This document shows, piece by piece, positions 17,985 through 27,415 of a DNA stretch of 36,713 nt. Origin of the DNA: an uncultured Methanosarcinales archaeon (GTDB taxonomy: Archaea > Nanobdellota > Nanobdellia > Woesearchaeales > CAYNLP01); NCBI GenBank assembly GCA_964398115.1, contig CAYNLP010000002.1:1-36713 (forward strand). Direction: 5' to 3'. The notes under the pieces are model-generated. The model was not told the origin of the DNA. It worked only from the letters and a program-made list of their open reading frames with translations, and did not search any database. The position numbers were made by a program, and so were the translations under genes. Every line of letters begins with the position of its first letter. The stretch's first letter is position 1.

Positions 17985-18003
17985 ATCAATAAAACCCAAA
18001 AAC

Positions 18004-18037
18004 TTTTAAACTAGTTGTTATTAACTAGTAATAACAA
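18004..18037 (+). promoter_or_regulatory. TATA box followed by a perfect operator-like palindrome
   Basis: TTTTAAAC at 18004-18011, then TTGTTATTA-ACTAG-TAATAACAA at 18015-18037. GGGGGT SD before ATG 18060. Confidence 0.55.
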
Positions 18038-18059
18038 AGAATTTGATGGGGGTCGAAAA

Positions 18060-18458
18060 ATGAATAAGAAAACATTTGCAATCATAACACTGCTCGTACT
18101 AGGATTCACCATGCAAGCAGCAACCGCCTACCACAACGGCTACTTCAAAAGTCCACAACCACCTGTACAAGATCCTAACGTAAGAGAAGGAGGACACTTC
18201 CTATCAACAAGCTTCTACTTTACCGGGATTAGAGATGGGATAACAACAAGCGTACCACAAACACATCAATTCCGAGAAAGAATAGCAAGTTACTACTATC
18301 CAAGACAGAACATGTACACCAACCGGTACAGATACAGAGAAGGTGGACCATTCCCAAACAGGATACAAGTAAGAGGATACAGCCCCGGATCATACGTCTT
18401 TGACGGAAGATTTGGAGGAACAAGAGAACAAAGACCTGGACTACCGCCGATATACTAA
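18060..18458 (+). CDS. Secreted basic Tyr/Gly/Arg/Pro-rich protein
   Basis: Start moved to ATG 18060 after the SD. Signal peptide MNKKTFAIITLLVLGFTMQAATA|YHNGY. Confidence 0.78.
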   Translation: MNKKTFAIITLLVLGFTMQAATAYHNGYFKSPQPPVQDPNVREGGHFLSTSFYFTGIRDGITTSVPQTHQFRERIASYYYPRQNMYTNRYRYREGGPFPNRIQVRGYSPGSYVFDGRFGGTREQRPGLPPIY

Positions 18459-18461
18459 AAA

Positions 18462-18830
18462 ATGAAATACAAACTCCTCTTAGCCTTAGTAATGCTGATG
18501 CCCATAGCATCAGCTTTCCACACCGGCTACACAGATGCTCCACACCAATACGGAAGCGGAGTCTATAACGCACAAAGATTCGGTAAAGAAACAGGATACG
18601 ACCCTTTCTATGCCAGAAGTTCATTCGCTAGCAACACAGAACCCTCCCCTGTACGCTCTCACATAAACATCAGGAATAAACTAGACTATAAAATCTATAA
18701 AAATCCCTCTTTACTCCATCCTAGAAAGATTACAAATTACCATAACAGATACATGAACTTAGGAAAAACAAATCACCCTTATCAACTAGGAGAAAAAGCA
18801 GGGGTTAAGGGAGTTAATTACTGGAGCTGA
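18462..18830 (+). CDS. Secreted basic Tyr/Asn/His-rich protein
   Basis: Signal peptide MKYKLLLALVMLMPIASA|FHTGY. Starts 3 nt after the previous stop. Confidence 0.75.
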   Translation: MKYKLLLALVMLMPIASAFHTGYTDAPHQYGSGVYNAQRFGKETGYDPFYARSSFASNTEPSPVRSHINIRNKLDYKIYKNPSLLHPRKITNYHNRYMNLGKTNHPYQLGEKAGVKGVNYWS

Positions 18831-19773
18831 GAGTGAACTTCGCTAACAAAGATTCTAACTGAATATATTCATCAGATCCTTCAACCATTCTAAACTCTGC
18901 TTCACCAGTTTCTTTCAACATCTCCAATTTAGTCCTGTCTTCAACATCTAAATCCCAAACTTCACTACTAATTTGTTTGATAATATCTAGACCAGAAAGA
19001 GAATTATCTAGCATGGTCTGCATCAACTTATCTTTAGCTTTTTCAAAACTCCCTTCTACACAAAGTTCTAATACTTCTTTCACCTCTTCTGGTTTTGCAA
19101 CACTAGCTACTTCATAAATTAATTCTTCAGTAATCTCATCTTTCAAAGCAGCACTACTCTGCAAAACGTTAAGAATTCTTCTAGCATCACCATTACTAAT
19201 TTCAATCAACGCCTCCTTTGCATCTTCTTCTACATCTAGATTTTCGTCCTCTGCTATGGTCTCAATCAAATCTTTCAAGTCTTCTTCAGATAAGGGTTTA
19301 AACCTGAAAACAGTACACCGACTCTGTATAGGATCGATAATTTTAGAACTATAATTACAGCTTAATATAAACCTGCAAGTTTGTGTGTAATTCTCCATAG
19401 TCCTCCGAAGAGCTTGCTGTGCGTCTTTCGTTAAATTATCACATTCATCAAGATAGATTATCTTGAACGGCACGTCACCAATAGCTTTCGTCCGAGCAAA
19501 ATCCTTAACTTTATGCCGGATAGTATCAATACCCCGTTCATCCGAAGCATTCAACTCTAGAAAGTTATCACTCCAATCCTCTCCAAACAACTGCCTTGCT
19601 GCGACGAGAGCTAAACTAGTTTTTCCTGTACCAGCAGGTCCTGCAAAAAGAAGGTGAGGCATGTTTTCCTTTTCAACAAATGCTTCAACACGACTAACTA
19701 TATCATCTTGGCCTTTAACGTCGTCAAAGTCATCCGGCCGGTACTTCTCCGTCCATATAGTTATATCTGCCAT
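18814..19773 (-). CDS. rfcS: Replication factor C small subunit
   Basis: WTEKYRP, PHLLFAGPAGTGKT, LELNASDERGID, LDECD, IQSRC, GDARR. No intein. Confidence 0.97.
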   Translation of the reverse strand: MADITIWTEKYRPDDFDDVKGQDDIVSRVEAFVEKENMPHLLFAGPAGTGKTSLALVAARQLFGEDWSDNFLELNASDERGIDTIRHKVKDFARTKAIGDVPFKIIYLDECDNLTKDAQQALRRTMENYTQTCRFILSCNYSSKIIDPIQSRCTVFRFKPLSEEDLKDLIETIAEDENLDVEEDAKEALIEISNGDARRILNVLQSSAALKDEITEELIYEVASVAKPEEVKEVLELCVEGSFEKAKDKLMQTMLDNSLSGLDIIKQISSEVWDLDVEDRTKLEMLKETGEAEFRMVEGSDEYIQLESLLAKFTLSSSN

Positions 19774-19819
19774 CGTATCAGAAGAATCTCAGAAAGTTTA
19801 TAAGGGTTTTGATAAAGAA

Positions 19820-20083
19820 TTAAATGATGTCTTCTTCAGCAACTACCATGAAATCTCCAACTGCAAGAAGTGCTGAGAATGGAATCAATGTCTCGCCAGA
19901 CTTGGTCTTTTCCAAATCTAATTTCTCAGTATAACTAGTCGGGTTTTGAACCACCATGTGGATTAATTCTCCGCTTCCACTTTCAAAAATTATGTCTCCG
20001 ACTTCACCAAATCTCTTTCCTGTTTTAGACACAATAGTCTTGCCTAAAATCTGTTTGGAAAATTTCTTCTCCTCCTCTGGCAT
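19820..20083 (-). CDS. PRC-barrel domain protein (CdpB-like)
   Basis: ILGKTIVSKTGKRFGEVGDIIFE...LIPFSALLAVGDFMVV. GGGTGA SD upstream. Confidence 0.88.
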   Translation of the reverse strand: MPEEEKKFSKQILGKTIVSKTGKRFGEVGDIIFESGSGELIHMVVQNPTSYTEKLDLEKTKSGETLIPFSALLAVGDFMVVAEEDII

Positions 20084-20193
20084 AAATAATCACCCGTACA
20101 GCATATTTCAGTTATGTCAAGTATTTAAAGGTTTCTATTAATTTCGACGATAAACAATACTTTTATATAGTGAAATAAGCATTTTTCAGAAAT

Positions 20194-21243
20194 ATGGTGT
20201 GGTACGAGGAATTAGGGTTTGATGAAAATCCTCTTGATGTACGTCCAAACACTGAACTAGTAGGTCTTGACAAGCAAGAACAACAATTAAAGAATCATAT
20301 AGAGAAAGGAGAAATTTGTTTCTTACACGGATTGACAGGCAGTGGAAAAACTTCCCTTCTCAAAAAGTTGCAAAAAGATATGAATGATTACAAATTTATT
20401 TACTTAGACGCTCAAGATCTCCCCGCAGACTTTAACTTAGAACAAGAGTTGAAAAAGAAAAGAAGCTTCTTTGATAAAATTCGATTGAAAGACTTTCCTA
20501 GTAAAGAACCTGTTCTAATAATTGATGAATTTCAAGAAACTGATGAAAACGTTATAATGGAAGCTAGAGCAAAGTGGGAAGATCCTGATGATAGGAAGAT
20601 AAAAAGCATAATAATAGCCCAAATAGACAATCATCTAGAGAACGTTACAGATAGCTTTAAGGAAAGAATTGGAAAAAGAACTATAGAAATGCCAACTCTT
20701 ACCGATAGTGAGATGAAAGAAATATTAAAGAAAAGGTTGGACAATGGAGATAAGAATTACTATAACAAATTGCATAGTGAAGCAGTAAACTTACTGGTAG
20801 CGTGCGCTGATGGAAATCCAAGGCGACTATTGGAATATACAGATTTAATCTTTGACTTCCATCATCAAAAATTTGGGGATAAAAATCCTTTGACGGAAAG
20901 CGATACTTACTTAGTAACTTACTACGGCGCAAAAGAGATATTGGAAAAAGAAGGAGTGAATGTTGAATCTTACACTTACCTTGAACCTGAAGAAAGACTT
21001 AGACAGAGTGAAGTATTTGAAGATAAATTCAATGAAGAAGAAAGAGAACTAATAATATATATGATGACAACTCCTAGAACCGCAGATAACGTAGCAGACA
21101 AGTTAGATGTTTCTAAAAGCACTGCCTACAAAAAGTTAAGAAACTTAAGAGAAAAAGACGCTATTGAAGAAGCTGGTACAAAAGACCGTAAAAAACTTTG
21201 GACTACAACAGAACACGTTAAGAGATTAACGGTGAAGGTATGA
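20194..21243 (+). CDS. AAA+ ATPase with C-terminal winged HTH
   Basis: WYEELGFDENP N-terminus, Walker A GLTGSGKT, Walker B IIDEFQ, sensor-2-like GNPRR, C-terminal TADNVADKLDVSKSTAYKKLRNL. Confidence 0.85.
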   Translation: MVWYEELGFDENPLDVRPNTELVGLDKQEQQLKNHIEKGEICFLHGLTGSGKTSLLKKLQKDMNDYKFIYLDAQDLPADFNLEQELKKKRSFFDKIRLKDFPSKEPVLIIDEFQETDENVIMEARAKWEDPDDRKIKSIIIAQIDNHLENVTDSFKERIGKRTIEMPTLTDSEMKEILKKRLDNGDKNYYNKLHSEAVNLLVACADGNPRRLLEYTDLIFDFHHQKFGDKNPLTESDTYLVTYYGAKEILEKEGVNVESYTYLEPEERLRQSEVFEDKFNEEERELIIYMMTTPRTADNVADKLDVSKSTAYKKLRNLREKDAIEEAGTKDRKKLWTTTEHVKRLTVKV

Positions 21244-21743
21244 CCAACACAATAGATATAGTAGATGAAAAAGATGAAGTAACATCCCAAGAAAAAAGAA
21301 CAAAAGCACACGAAGAAAATTTACTTCATCGTTCTGTCCATGTTCTAATATTTGACAGCGAAGGTAACGTTGTATCTCAATTAAGAAATGAACGTAAAGA
21401 CGTGTTCCCTCTTCACTGGTCAAGTTCTGCAGCTGGACATTTACAATCTGGTGAAAACCCTAACATTGCAGCTGAAAGAGAACTCGAAGAAGAACTAGGA
21501 ATAGACACAGACTTAGAATTTTTAGGAAAGTTCAGAACTGAAGATGAAGAAGACGAAGAATTCATCTACGTTTTCTATGGAGAACACCCCGGCCCTTATA
21601 AGATAAGTGAAGAAGCTAAAGAAATAGCTGAATACGATATAGATTACATATTAGAAAATCCAGACAATCTAGACATCGACCCTCACTTCAAAGAAACTCT
21701 AAACTACTTTATGGAACACGCTGATCACTACGCTGCTTCTTAA
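21240..21743 (+). CDS. NUDIX hydrolase (IDI-like fold, YfcD-like)
   Basis: DIVDEKD, LHRSVHVLIF, Nudix box GHLQSGE..AAERELEEELGI. Confidence 0.88.
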   Translation: MTNTIDIVDEKDEVTSQEKRTKAHEENLLHRSVHVLIFDSEGNVVSQLRNERKDVFPLHWSSSAAGHLQSGENPNIAAERELEEELGIDTDLEFLGKFRTEDEEDEEFIYVFYGEHPGPYKISEEAKEIAEYDIDYILENPDNLDIDPHFKETLNYFMEHADHYAAS

Positions 21744-22350
21744 TCTCCGCTGCTTTCCTATGAGCATACTGTACAGGCATAGGAAGTTTATACTTATCCA
21801 CACAATTATCTACAATTTCTAAACTACTTTCAAAAGAAACTTTATGTCCCGGACTAACATAAACAGGGTTACAACCTTCTCTTGTCTCAATTTCAAAACC
21901 AACTAAATCTTCATCATAAATTACTTCTCTCCGATCCCCTTCCTCCTTTACCTCACCACATAACAAACTCTTAGCAATGCCGATAGTAGGGACATCCATT
22001 AAAACACCGACATGGGAAGCAATACCAAACCTTCTCATATGCAACACCCCGTTCCCGTCAAACAACAACAAGTCAGGAAGTTCAATCTTATCCAAAGCCT
22101 TCATAATAGAAGGAGATTCTCTATAACTCAACAATCCAGGAATGTAAGGAAAATCCTCTTCTAAAACGGCATGAACTGTTTCTTCAATCTCCAAAGTATC
22201 ATAGTCACAAATTACAACTGAAGATATAACCTCGCCGTTGTGAAAGGCCTGGTCTACACCCCCCACTTTTTCTATTTCGTTAAAACCATCTTCTAGTACA
22301 ACTTTTTCGGCCAGTTCTTTCTGCTCCTTAATCAATTCTTTCGTATCCAT
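21709..22350 (-). CDS. nfi: Endonuclease V
   Basis: GGVDQAF, FPYIPGLLSYRE, DGNGVLH.RRFGIASHVG, PTIGIAKS, PVYVSPGH. Confidence 0.95.
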   Translation of the reverse strand: MDTKELIKEQKELAEKVVLEDGFNEIEKVGGVDQAFHNGEVISSVVICDYDTLEIEETVHAVLEEDFPYIPGLLSYRESPSIMKALDKIELPDLLLFDGNGVLHMRRFGIASHVGVLMDVPTIGIAKSLLCGEVKEEGDRREVIYDEDLVGFEIETREGCNPVYVSPGHKVSFESSLEIVDNCVDKYKLPMPVQYAHRKAAEIKKQRSDQRVP

Positions 22351-22354
22351 TATT

Positions 22355-22945
22355 CTAATGATATATAGGATTGGCTACCTGCATTTTAGTCTTTTCCCTA
22401 ACCTCCTGCTCACTAAGATGAGGATAATTTATATGATTTAACTCGTGTTGCAACACTTCTCGGAAAGCATCACCGTACAGTGAATTAAGTATTTCTATCT
22501 GTCCACTGCCAGGCCACGTCCTTCCCAAGACATTAGGTCCGAGAACATTCTGACTAACCCTATGGACTTGTACATTTCGAGGCACGAACATGTAAGCGAA
22601 TTTAGATTCTTCTTCCTCTTCAACCACATAAATGCTACCTTCCTCTTTTCCTTCCTCGCCTACAGGGGTAGGTTCGTAATAAACTATACCGACTTTCTTC
22701 TGTTGCGCGACAACTTCTTCCAAGAAATCATTGACCTCTCTATCCGCCTCTGCTTTCGGCATATCATGACTTATCTCAACCTCTTTACCTTCGTGTTCCT
22801 TCAAGATTCCTTCCAGTCGAGACTCAGAAGTCGAAAAGACAGTGTCTTGAGAAATGATTATTTCTTCTCTTGACTCTTCCGGCAAGACATACTGAAGTAC
22901 AGTGTTTAAATCAGGAAGTAATTCTCTCCAATCCCTATCTCCCAT
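22355..22945 (-). CDS. Hypothetical protein with C-terminal HExxH (mini-zincin-like) motif
   Basis: VLGRTW...IEI...EVLQHELNH...SEQEVR. Confidence 0.7.
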   Translation of the reverse strand: MGDRDWRELLPDLNTVLQYVLPEESREEIIISQDTVFSTSESRLEGILKEHEGKEVEISHDMPKAEADREVNDFLEEVVAQQKKVGIVYYEPTPVGEEGKEEGSIYVVEEEEESKFAYMFVPRNVQVHRVSQNVLGPNVLGRTWPGSGQIEILNSLYGDAFREVLQHELNHINYPHLSEQEVREKTKMQVANPIYH

Positions 22946-23014
22946 AAAAATACAAAAAGAAAAACAGTTTTATATAGATTATATTTTTAAGCAAAGACAT
23001 TCTAGATATAAATT

Positions 23015-23635
23015 ATGAAAGCAGTTATTTTTGACTTTGATGGTACTATCGCAGACACTCTAGGTATAGTTATGGAAGAAGCAGAGAAAATCGCTGAAGA
23101 AGAAGGCTATGATTGGCCTGAACATCCTATGGAATTGCGTGATAAAAAAGTGACTGAACTGATAGATATGTTCTCCGTTCCAAAGATAAAAATTCCTTTC
23201 TATGTTAAGAAATTAAGAGATAAGGTTGGGGACAGACTTCACGAAGTACCTGTATTTGATGGTATGAAAGAGGTTGTAGAAGAACTATCCGAGGATTATA
23301 AACTCGGGGTTTTAAGTTCTAACAATGAAGAAAACATACTTCGTTTTTTAGAAAATCATTCAATGCTTGAACATTTTGATGAAATAGTAACAGGACTGTC
23401 TATATTTGGAAAGTCAGGCAAGATAAAGAAATTAGTGAAAAAACTAGGTGTTAAAAAAAGTGAAGCGATATACGTAGCTGATGGAGAAAGAGATATAGAA
23501 GCTTGTAAAGATGATAACGTTCCTATAATAAGCGTGAGTTGGGGTTATAATTCTAAAGAATTACTGCAGGAAAACAATCCAGATTTCCTCGTAAATGAAG
23601 CAGAAGAAATATTAAAGATCATTGATTCGGCTTAG
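23015..23635 (+). CDS. HAD-superfamily hydrolase (phosphoglycolate phosphatase-like)
   Basis: IFDFDGTIADT, LSSN, YVADGERDIEA, VSWGY. Confidence 0.92.
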   Translation: MKAVIFDFDGTIADTLGIVMEEAEKIAEEEGYDWPEHPMELRDKKVTELIDMFSVPKIKIPFYVKKLRDKVGDRLHEVPVFDGMKEVVEELSEDYKLGVLSSNNEENILRFLENHSMLEHFDEIVTGLSIFGKSGKIKKLVKKLGVKKSEAIYVADGERDIEACKDDNVPIISVSWGYNSKELLQENNPDFLVNEAEEILKIIDSA

Positions 23636-23640
23636 ATAAG

Positions 23641-24663
23641 ATGAAAGTTGACAAGTTGCAAAAAGTTCTAGAAGAGAAAGAGTTGGATGGATGTATACTT
23701 TACACCGACGATCCTAATTTCAATTATTACGTTCAAAAAGAGTTGAAGTCAGGAATTCTCTTCATCCCAGCGAGAGGGACACCAACCACACTGGTCCATC
23801 CTCTTGAAGAGTTAGATCATGATTTCAACACCCTGAAGATTGAAGATAAAGATACTGTAAAAAATTTCTTTGAAAAACAAGATTTAGATAGAGTTGGATA
23901 TAATTCTCAAGAAATAAATGTTAGAAAGTACCATAAGCTAAAGAACAGGTTTGGTTTGAAAGATGTTTCGAAAGAGTTAGAAGAGATTAGGAAGTTGAAA
24001 ACTAAGGAGGAAATTGCCTATTTGAGAAAAGCAGCTAGGATAGCAGATGATATAATGAGAAATTTGATTAACGAATTTGATTTCAAAACGGAAGGAGAGA
24101 TAAGGAAGTTCGTGAAGATGCAGATGGCACAAGCAGGGGTAGAAAAAAGTTTTGAGCCAGTAATAGCGGGTGGAGGCGGCGCAGCTGTTCCGCACTACTA
24201 TGGAGACAACAAATTAGAGGAAGGATTTTTAATAGTTGATCTCGGAGTAAAGATTAACGGATACTGTTCAGACATTACTAGAACTTTCTATCTAGGAAAG
24301 CCAAATCGTGAAGAAAGGAAATTATATGAAAAAGTGTTAGACGTACAGAAAGGGTGTATTAAAAAATCGAGATCTGGAAAGAAATGTAGTGAAGTATTTG
24401 AATACGCCAAGGAGGTGTTAGGCGAAAACTTTACTCATGGATTAGGTCATGGTATAGGTTTAAGAATTCATGAACTCCCTAACCTAAAGCCAGGATCAGA
24501 AGAAATTTTTGAGGACAATATGGCATTCACAGTAGAACCCGGGTATTATGATAAGGAAGAAAAAATAGGGATAAGGATAGAGGATGACGTGCTTATACAA
24601 AATGGGAAACCTGCGAGAATTTCGAAAACTACTAGGGAATTAAGAACGTTTTCTATAAGCTGA
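23641..24663 (+). CDS. pepQ: Xaa-Pro aminopeptidase/dipeptidase (M24B)
   Basis: VPHY, DLG..GYCSDITRT, HGLGHGIGLRIHELP, FTVEPGYY, GIRIEDDV. Confidence 0.92.
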   Translation: MKVDKLQKVLEEKELDGCILYTDDPNFNYYVQKELKSGILFIPARGTPTTLVHPLEELDHDFNTLKIEDKDTVKNFFEKQDLDRVGYNSQEINVRKYHKLKNRFGLKDVSKELEEIRKLKTKEEIAYLRKAARIADDIMRNLINEFDFKTEGEIRKFVKMQMAQAGVEKSFEPVIAGGGGAAVPHYYGDNKLEEGFLIVDLGVKINGYCSDITRTFYLGKPNREERKLYEKVLDVQKGCIKKSRSGKKCSEVFEYAKEVLGENFTHGLGHGIGLRIHELPNLKPGSEEIFEDNMAFTVEPGYYDKEEKIGIRIEDDVLIQNGKPARISKTTRELRTFSIS

Positions 24664-26053
24664 AACCTTTTTCTAGGAAAGCTTTGTAAGCATTATAAGC
24701 GCTGTACAAATCTGCTTTACTCGCCAGTTCAAATGGGGCGTGCATACCTAAAACTGGTACTCCCATGTCGATAACGTCTGCTCCGTTTTTAGCTAAGAAC
24801 TTCGCGATGGTTCCGCCTCCGCCAAGGTCTATCTTTCCGATTTCACCTGTCTGCCAAGGTACATCTTCCTCTTTTAACAACTGTGTTATCTGATGTGTGA
24901 ATTCAGCTGTAGCATCGTTAGAACTATATTTTCCTCTTCTTCCGCCAAACTTTTCTACACTGACTCCATGACCAATGAAGCTACTGTTAGATTCATCATA
25001 GGCATCAGGAAAGTTTGGATCCATAGCAGATGTGACATCTGCAGATATAACTTTCGTATTCTCCCAAACTTGAGTACTTCGTAAATCGGAACCCGTTAGA
25101 TCTATTAAATCTTCAATTATTGAAGTGAAGAATTGGTTTTTAGCACCTGTCGTTCCATCACTACCAATCTCTTCTTTGTCATAAAATAAACAAATTTGAG
25201 TATGGTCTGAATCACTTGAATCAAGTATTGCTTCCATGCTAGTGAATACGCTACTTCTATCATCGTGTCCATATCCTGCAATCATGCTTTCATCAAATCC
25301 GACGTCTCTGGGGCTACCTGCAGGTACGAAAGCGAGTTCGGCACTGACAAGATCTTCTTCTTTCAAACTATATTTTTCGTGTAGTATTTTTGCAACGCCG
25401 AATTTCACTTTTTGCTCTATTTTTTCATCATCTATTGCCAGATTTCCAACTATAGGGTTTAGTTGTTCCCCCTCAACGACTTTTTTACCTTCTTTTTCCA
25501 GTTGTTCTTTCGCTAAGTGTGGAAGCAAGTCTGGTATAGTAAAGCAGGGTTCGTCTTCTTCCTCTCCAAGTTTTAGTTTAATCTTTTTTCCTTCTTCTGT
25601 AAACGCCACTCCTCGGAGTGAGAGAGGAATGTTCATCCACTGATACTTTTTAACACCGCCGTAGTAATGTCCTTTGAACAAAGCAAGTTTAGCGTTTTCA
25701 ACTAATGGATATGGTTTTAGATGTAAGCATGGACTATCAGCGTGGCTTGCAACAGCGTAAATGTTTTCTAAACTTCCTATTTTGATTAATGCGATGTTGC
25801 GGTTCCTGTCTTCTCTGTAATATTTTCCGTCTTTTTCTATTTCACTTACTTCTTTAATATTTTCAAAACCAGCCCTTTCAGCTCTTTCTTTTATTTCAGA
25901 AATTATTTCTCTTTCAATCTTATTATCTCCAATGAAACTTTTGTATTCTTCTGCGAATTTTTGAACTTCATCTTTATCATAACTTTCTTGTGAAGGCTTT
26001 CGTTGTACGAGAATTTCTTCTGCTAGTTTTTCATTTTCAGTTTTATCACTCAT
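24653..26053 (-). CDS. apeA: M18-family aminopeptidase
   Basis: SHADSP.L.LKP, HYYGGVKKYQW, IPDLLPHL, GHDDR, DKEEIGS, GGGGTIA, MHAPFE. Confidence 0.92.
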   Translation of the reverse strand: MSDKTENEKLAEEILVQRKPSQESYDKDEVQKFAEEYKSFIGDNKIEREIISEIKERAERAGFENIKEVSEIEKDGKYYREDRNRNIALIKIGSLENIYAVASHADSPCLHLKPYPLVENAKLALFKGHYYGGVKKYQWMNIPLSLRGVAFTEEGKKIKLKLGEEEDEPCFTIPDLLPHLAKEQLEKEGKKVVEGEQLNPIVGNLAIDDEKIEQKVKFGVAKILHEKYSLKEEDLVSAELAFVPAGSPRDVGFDESMIAGYGHDDRSSVFTSMEAILDSSDSDHTQICLFYDKEEIGSDGTTGAKNQFFTSIIEDLIDLTGSDLRSTQVWENTKVISADVTSAMDPNFPDAYDESNSSFIGHGVSVEKFGGRRGKYSSNDATAEFTHQITQLLKEEDVPWQTGEIGKIDLGGGGTIAKFLAKNGADVIDMGVPVLGMHAPFELASKADLYSAYNAYKAFLEKGFSL

Positions 26054-26242
26054 CTTCTTAGTAGAAAGTTATTCTTCGAACATATTTAAGCTTTCGGTTA
26101 TAGAAACAATTTTCTGGACTTCTAACACTTTTATATATCTTTGTGATAACCTTTAAATAATCTTGAAAATATAAACAGAATTGTAATAAACTGCTTACCT
26201 TTTACTAGGTCACAAAAGGAGAATTGAGAGGGTTGTTATCAA

Positions 26243-27415
26243 GTGTCAACGAAAGATGAAGTAAGTCAAAATTCGGAAGGAGACGTTGAGAACGACCTGG
26301 AGGGTGCAGTTGTAAACTATAGTTCTGGGAATACGCAGCTTAAAGAAGAAAATAAGATGTTAAAAGAGACGGTTCATCAGTTACGGTCTGAAATTGAAAA
26401 ATTTCGTTCTCCGGCTTTAATGGTTGCTGACGTTGTTGATTCAGTCGGTGATCAAGCTATTATTAAGGTTGCCAACGGTAACAAGTTCATGGTAGATGTT
26501 TCTAATGATGTCGATGGAGAACTTGCAAGTGGCGAAAGTGTTCTTGTTGAGCAGAAGAACTTGACTGTTGTAGATAGAGTCGATCACAATAGAAAGTACA
26601 ATGTTGAAAAGTTTGTTATTATGGAAAAACCAGATGTTAGCTGGAATCAAATTGGTGGTTTATCTGAACAGATTAACGAAATTCAAGAAGTTATTGAAAT
26701 GCCTTTGAAGAAACCGGATACGTTTGAAAGAGTAGGGATTGAACCACCAAAGGGGATTTTACTCCATGGCCCTCCAGGAACTGGTAAGACGATGATGGCA
26801 AAGGCTGTTGCCAGCAGTACCGATTCAACCTTTATTGAAATCGTTGGTTCTGAACTGGTTCAAAAGTTTATAGGAGAAGGAGCAAAACTAGTTAAGGAAG
26901 TATTTGAACTTGCAAGGCAGAAAAGTCCGAGTGTCGTGTTCATTGATGAACTTGACGCTCTCGCTGCTAAAAGAGTTGAAATTGGGACTAGTGGTGAAAG
27001 AGAGGTTCAAAGAACTTTCATGCAATTACTTGCTGAGATTGATGGGTTTGACCCGTTGGATGAGGTTAAAGTTATTGGATGCACTAACCGTCGTGACATA
27101 TTAGATCAAGCTATTTTGAGACCTGGTCGTTTGGACAGACAAATTGAAGTTCCTTATCCTGATTGTGAAGGTATTGAAGAAATCTTTGAAATCCATACAG
27201 CAAATATGAGTTTGGAAAATGTTGATAGTGATTATGTTTGTGATAAAATGGAGGGTTTAAGCGGTGCAGAAGTTAAGAGTGTTTGTACAGAAGCTGGTTA
27301 CTTCGCTATTAGGAATGGTCGTAATAAAGTGAAGGAACAGGATATTGAAGCCGCGATTAGTAAGGTTAAGGAAGAAGATGAGTTAGACACTGCTAGTTTA
27401 CAAATGTTCGGATAA
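26243..27415 (+). CDS. pan: Proteasome-activating nucleotidase
   Basis: Coiled coil and OB domain, PPKGILLHGPPGTGKT, ELVQKFIGEGA, FIDELDA, REVQRT, RPGRLDR, C-terminal MFG. GTG start with GAGAGGG SD. Confidence 0.96.
   Translation: MSTKDEVSQNSEGDVENDLEGAVVNYSSGNTQLKEENKMLKETVHQLRSEIEKFRSPALMVADVVDSVGDQAIIKVANGNKFMVDVSNDVDGELASGESVLVEQKNLTVVDRVDHNRKYNVEKFVIMEKPDVSWNQIGGLSEQINEIQEVIEMPLKKPDTFERVGIEPPKGILLHGPPGTGKTMMAKAVASSTDSTFIEIVGSELVQKFIGEGAKLVKEVFELARQKSPSVVFIDELDALAAKRVEIGTSGEREVQRTFMQLLAEIDGFDPLDEVKVIGCTNRRDILDQAILRPGRLDRQIEVPYPDCEGIEEIFEIHTANMSLENVDSDYVCDKMEGLSGAEVKSVCTEAGYFAIRNGRNKVKEQDIEAAISKVKEEDELDTASLQMFG

Noticed and set aside
8466..18830. Provirus or integrated mobile element
   Set aside because: No integrase, terminase, capsid, transposase or att/tRNA boundary; promoters and composition match the host.
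20194..21243. Orc1/Cdc6 initiator with an adjacent origin
   Set aside because: Lacks recognisable Cdc6 motifs (e.g. LPHRE, vLDEiD), and no ORB-like G-string repeats are seen nearby.
21240..21743. Type 1 isopentenyl-diphosphate isomerase (idi)
   Set aside because: The fold is IDI-like, but the catalytic NxxCxHP Cys is replaced (WSSSAAGH), so it is called a generic NUDIX hydrolase.
21240..27415. House-cleaning and proteolysis genes as one dedicated system
   Set aside because: NUDIX, EndoV, HAD, peptidases and PAN lie in mixed orientations with separate promoters; shuffled housekeeping genes are the simpler reading.
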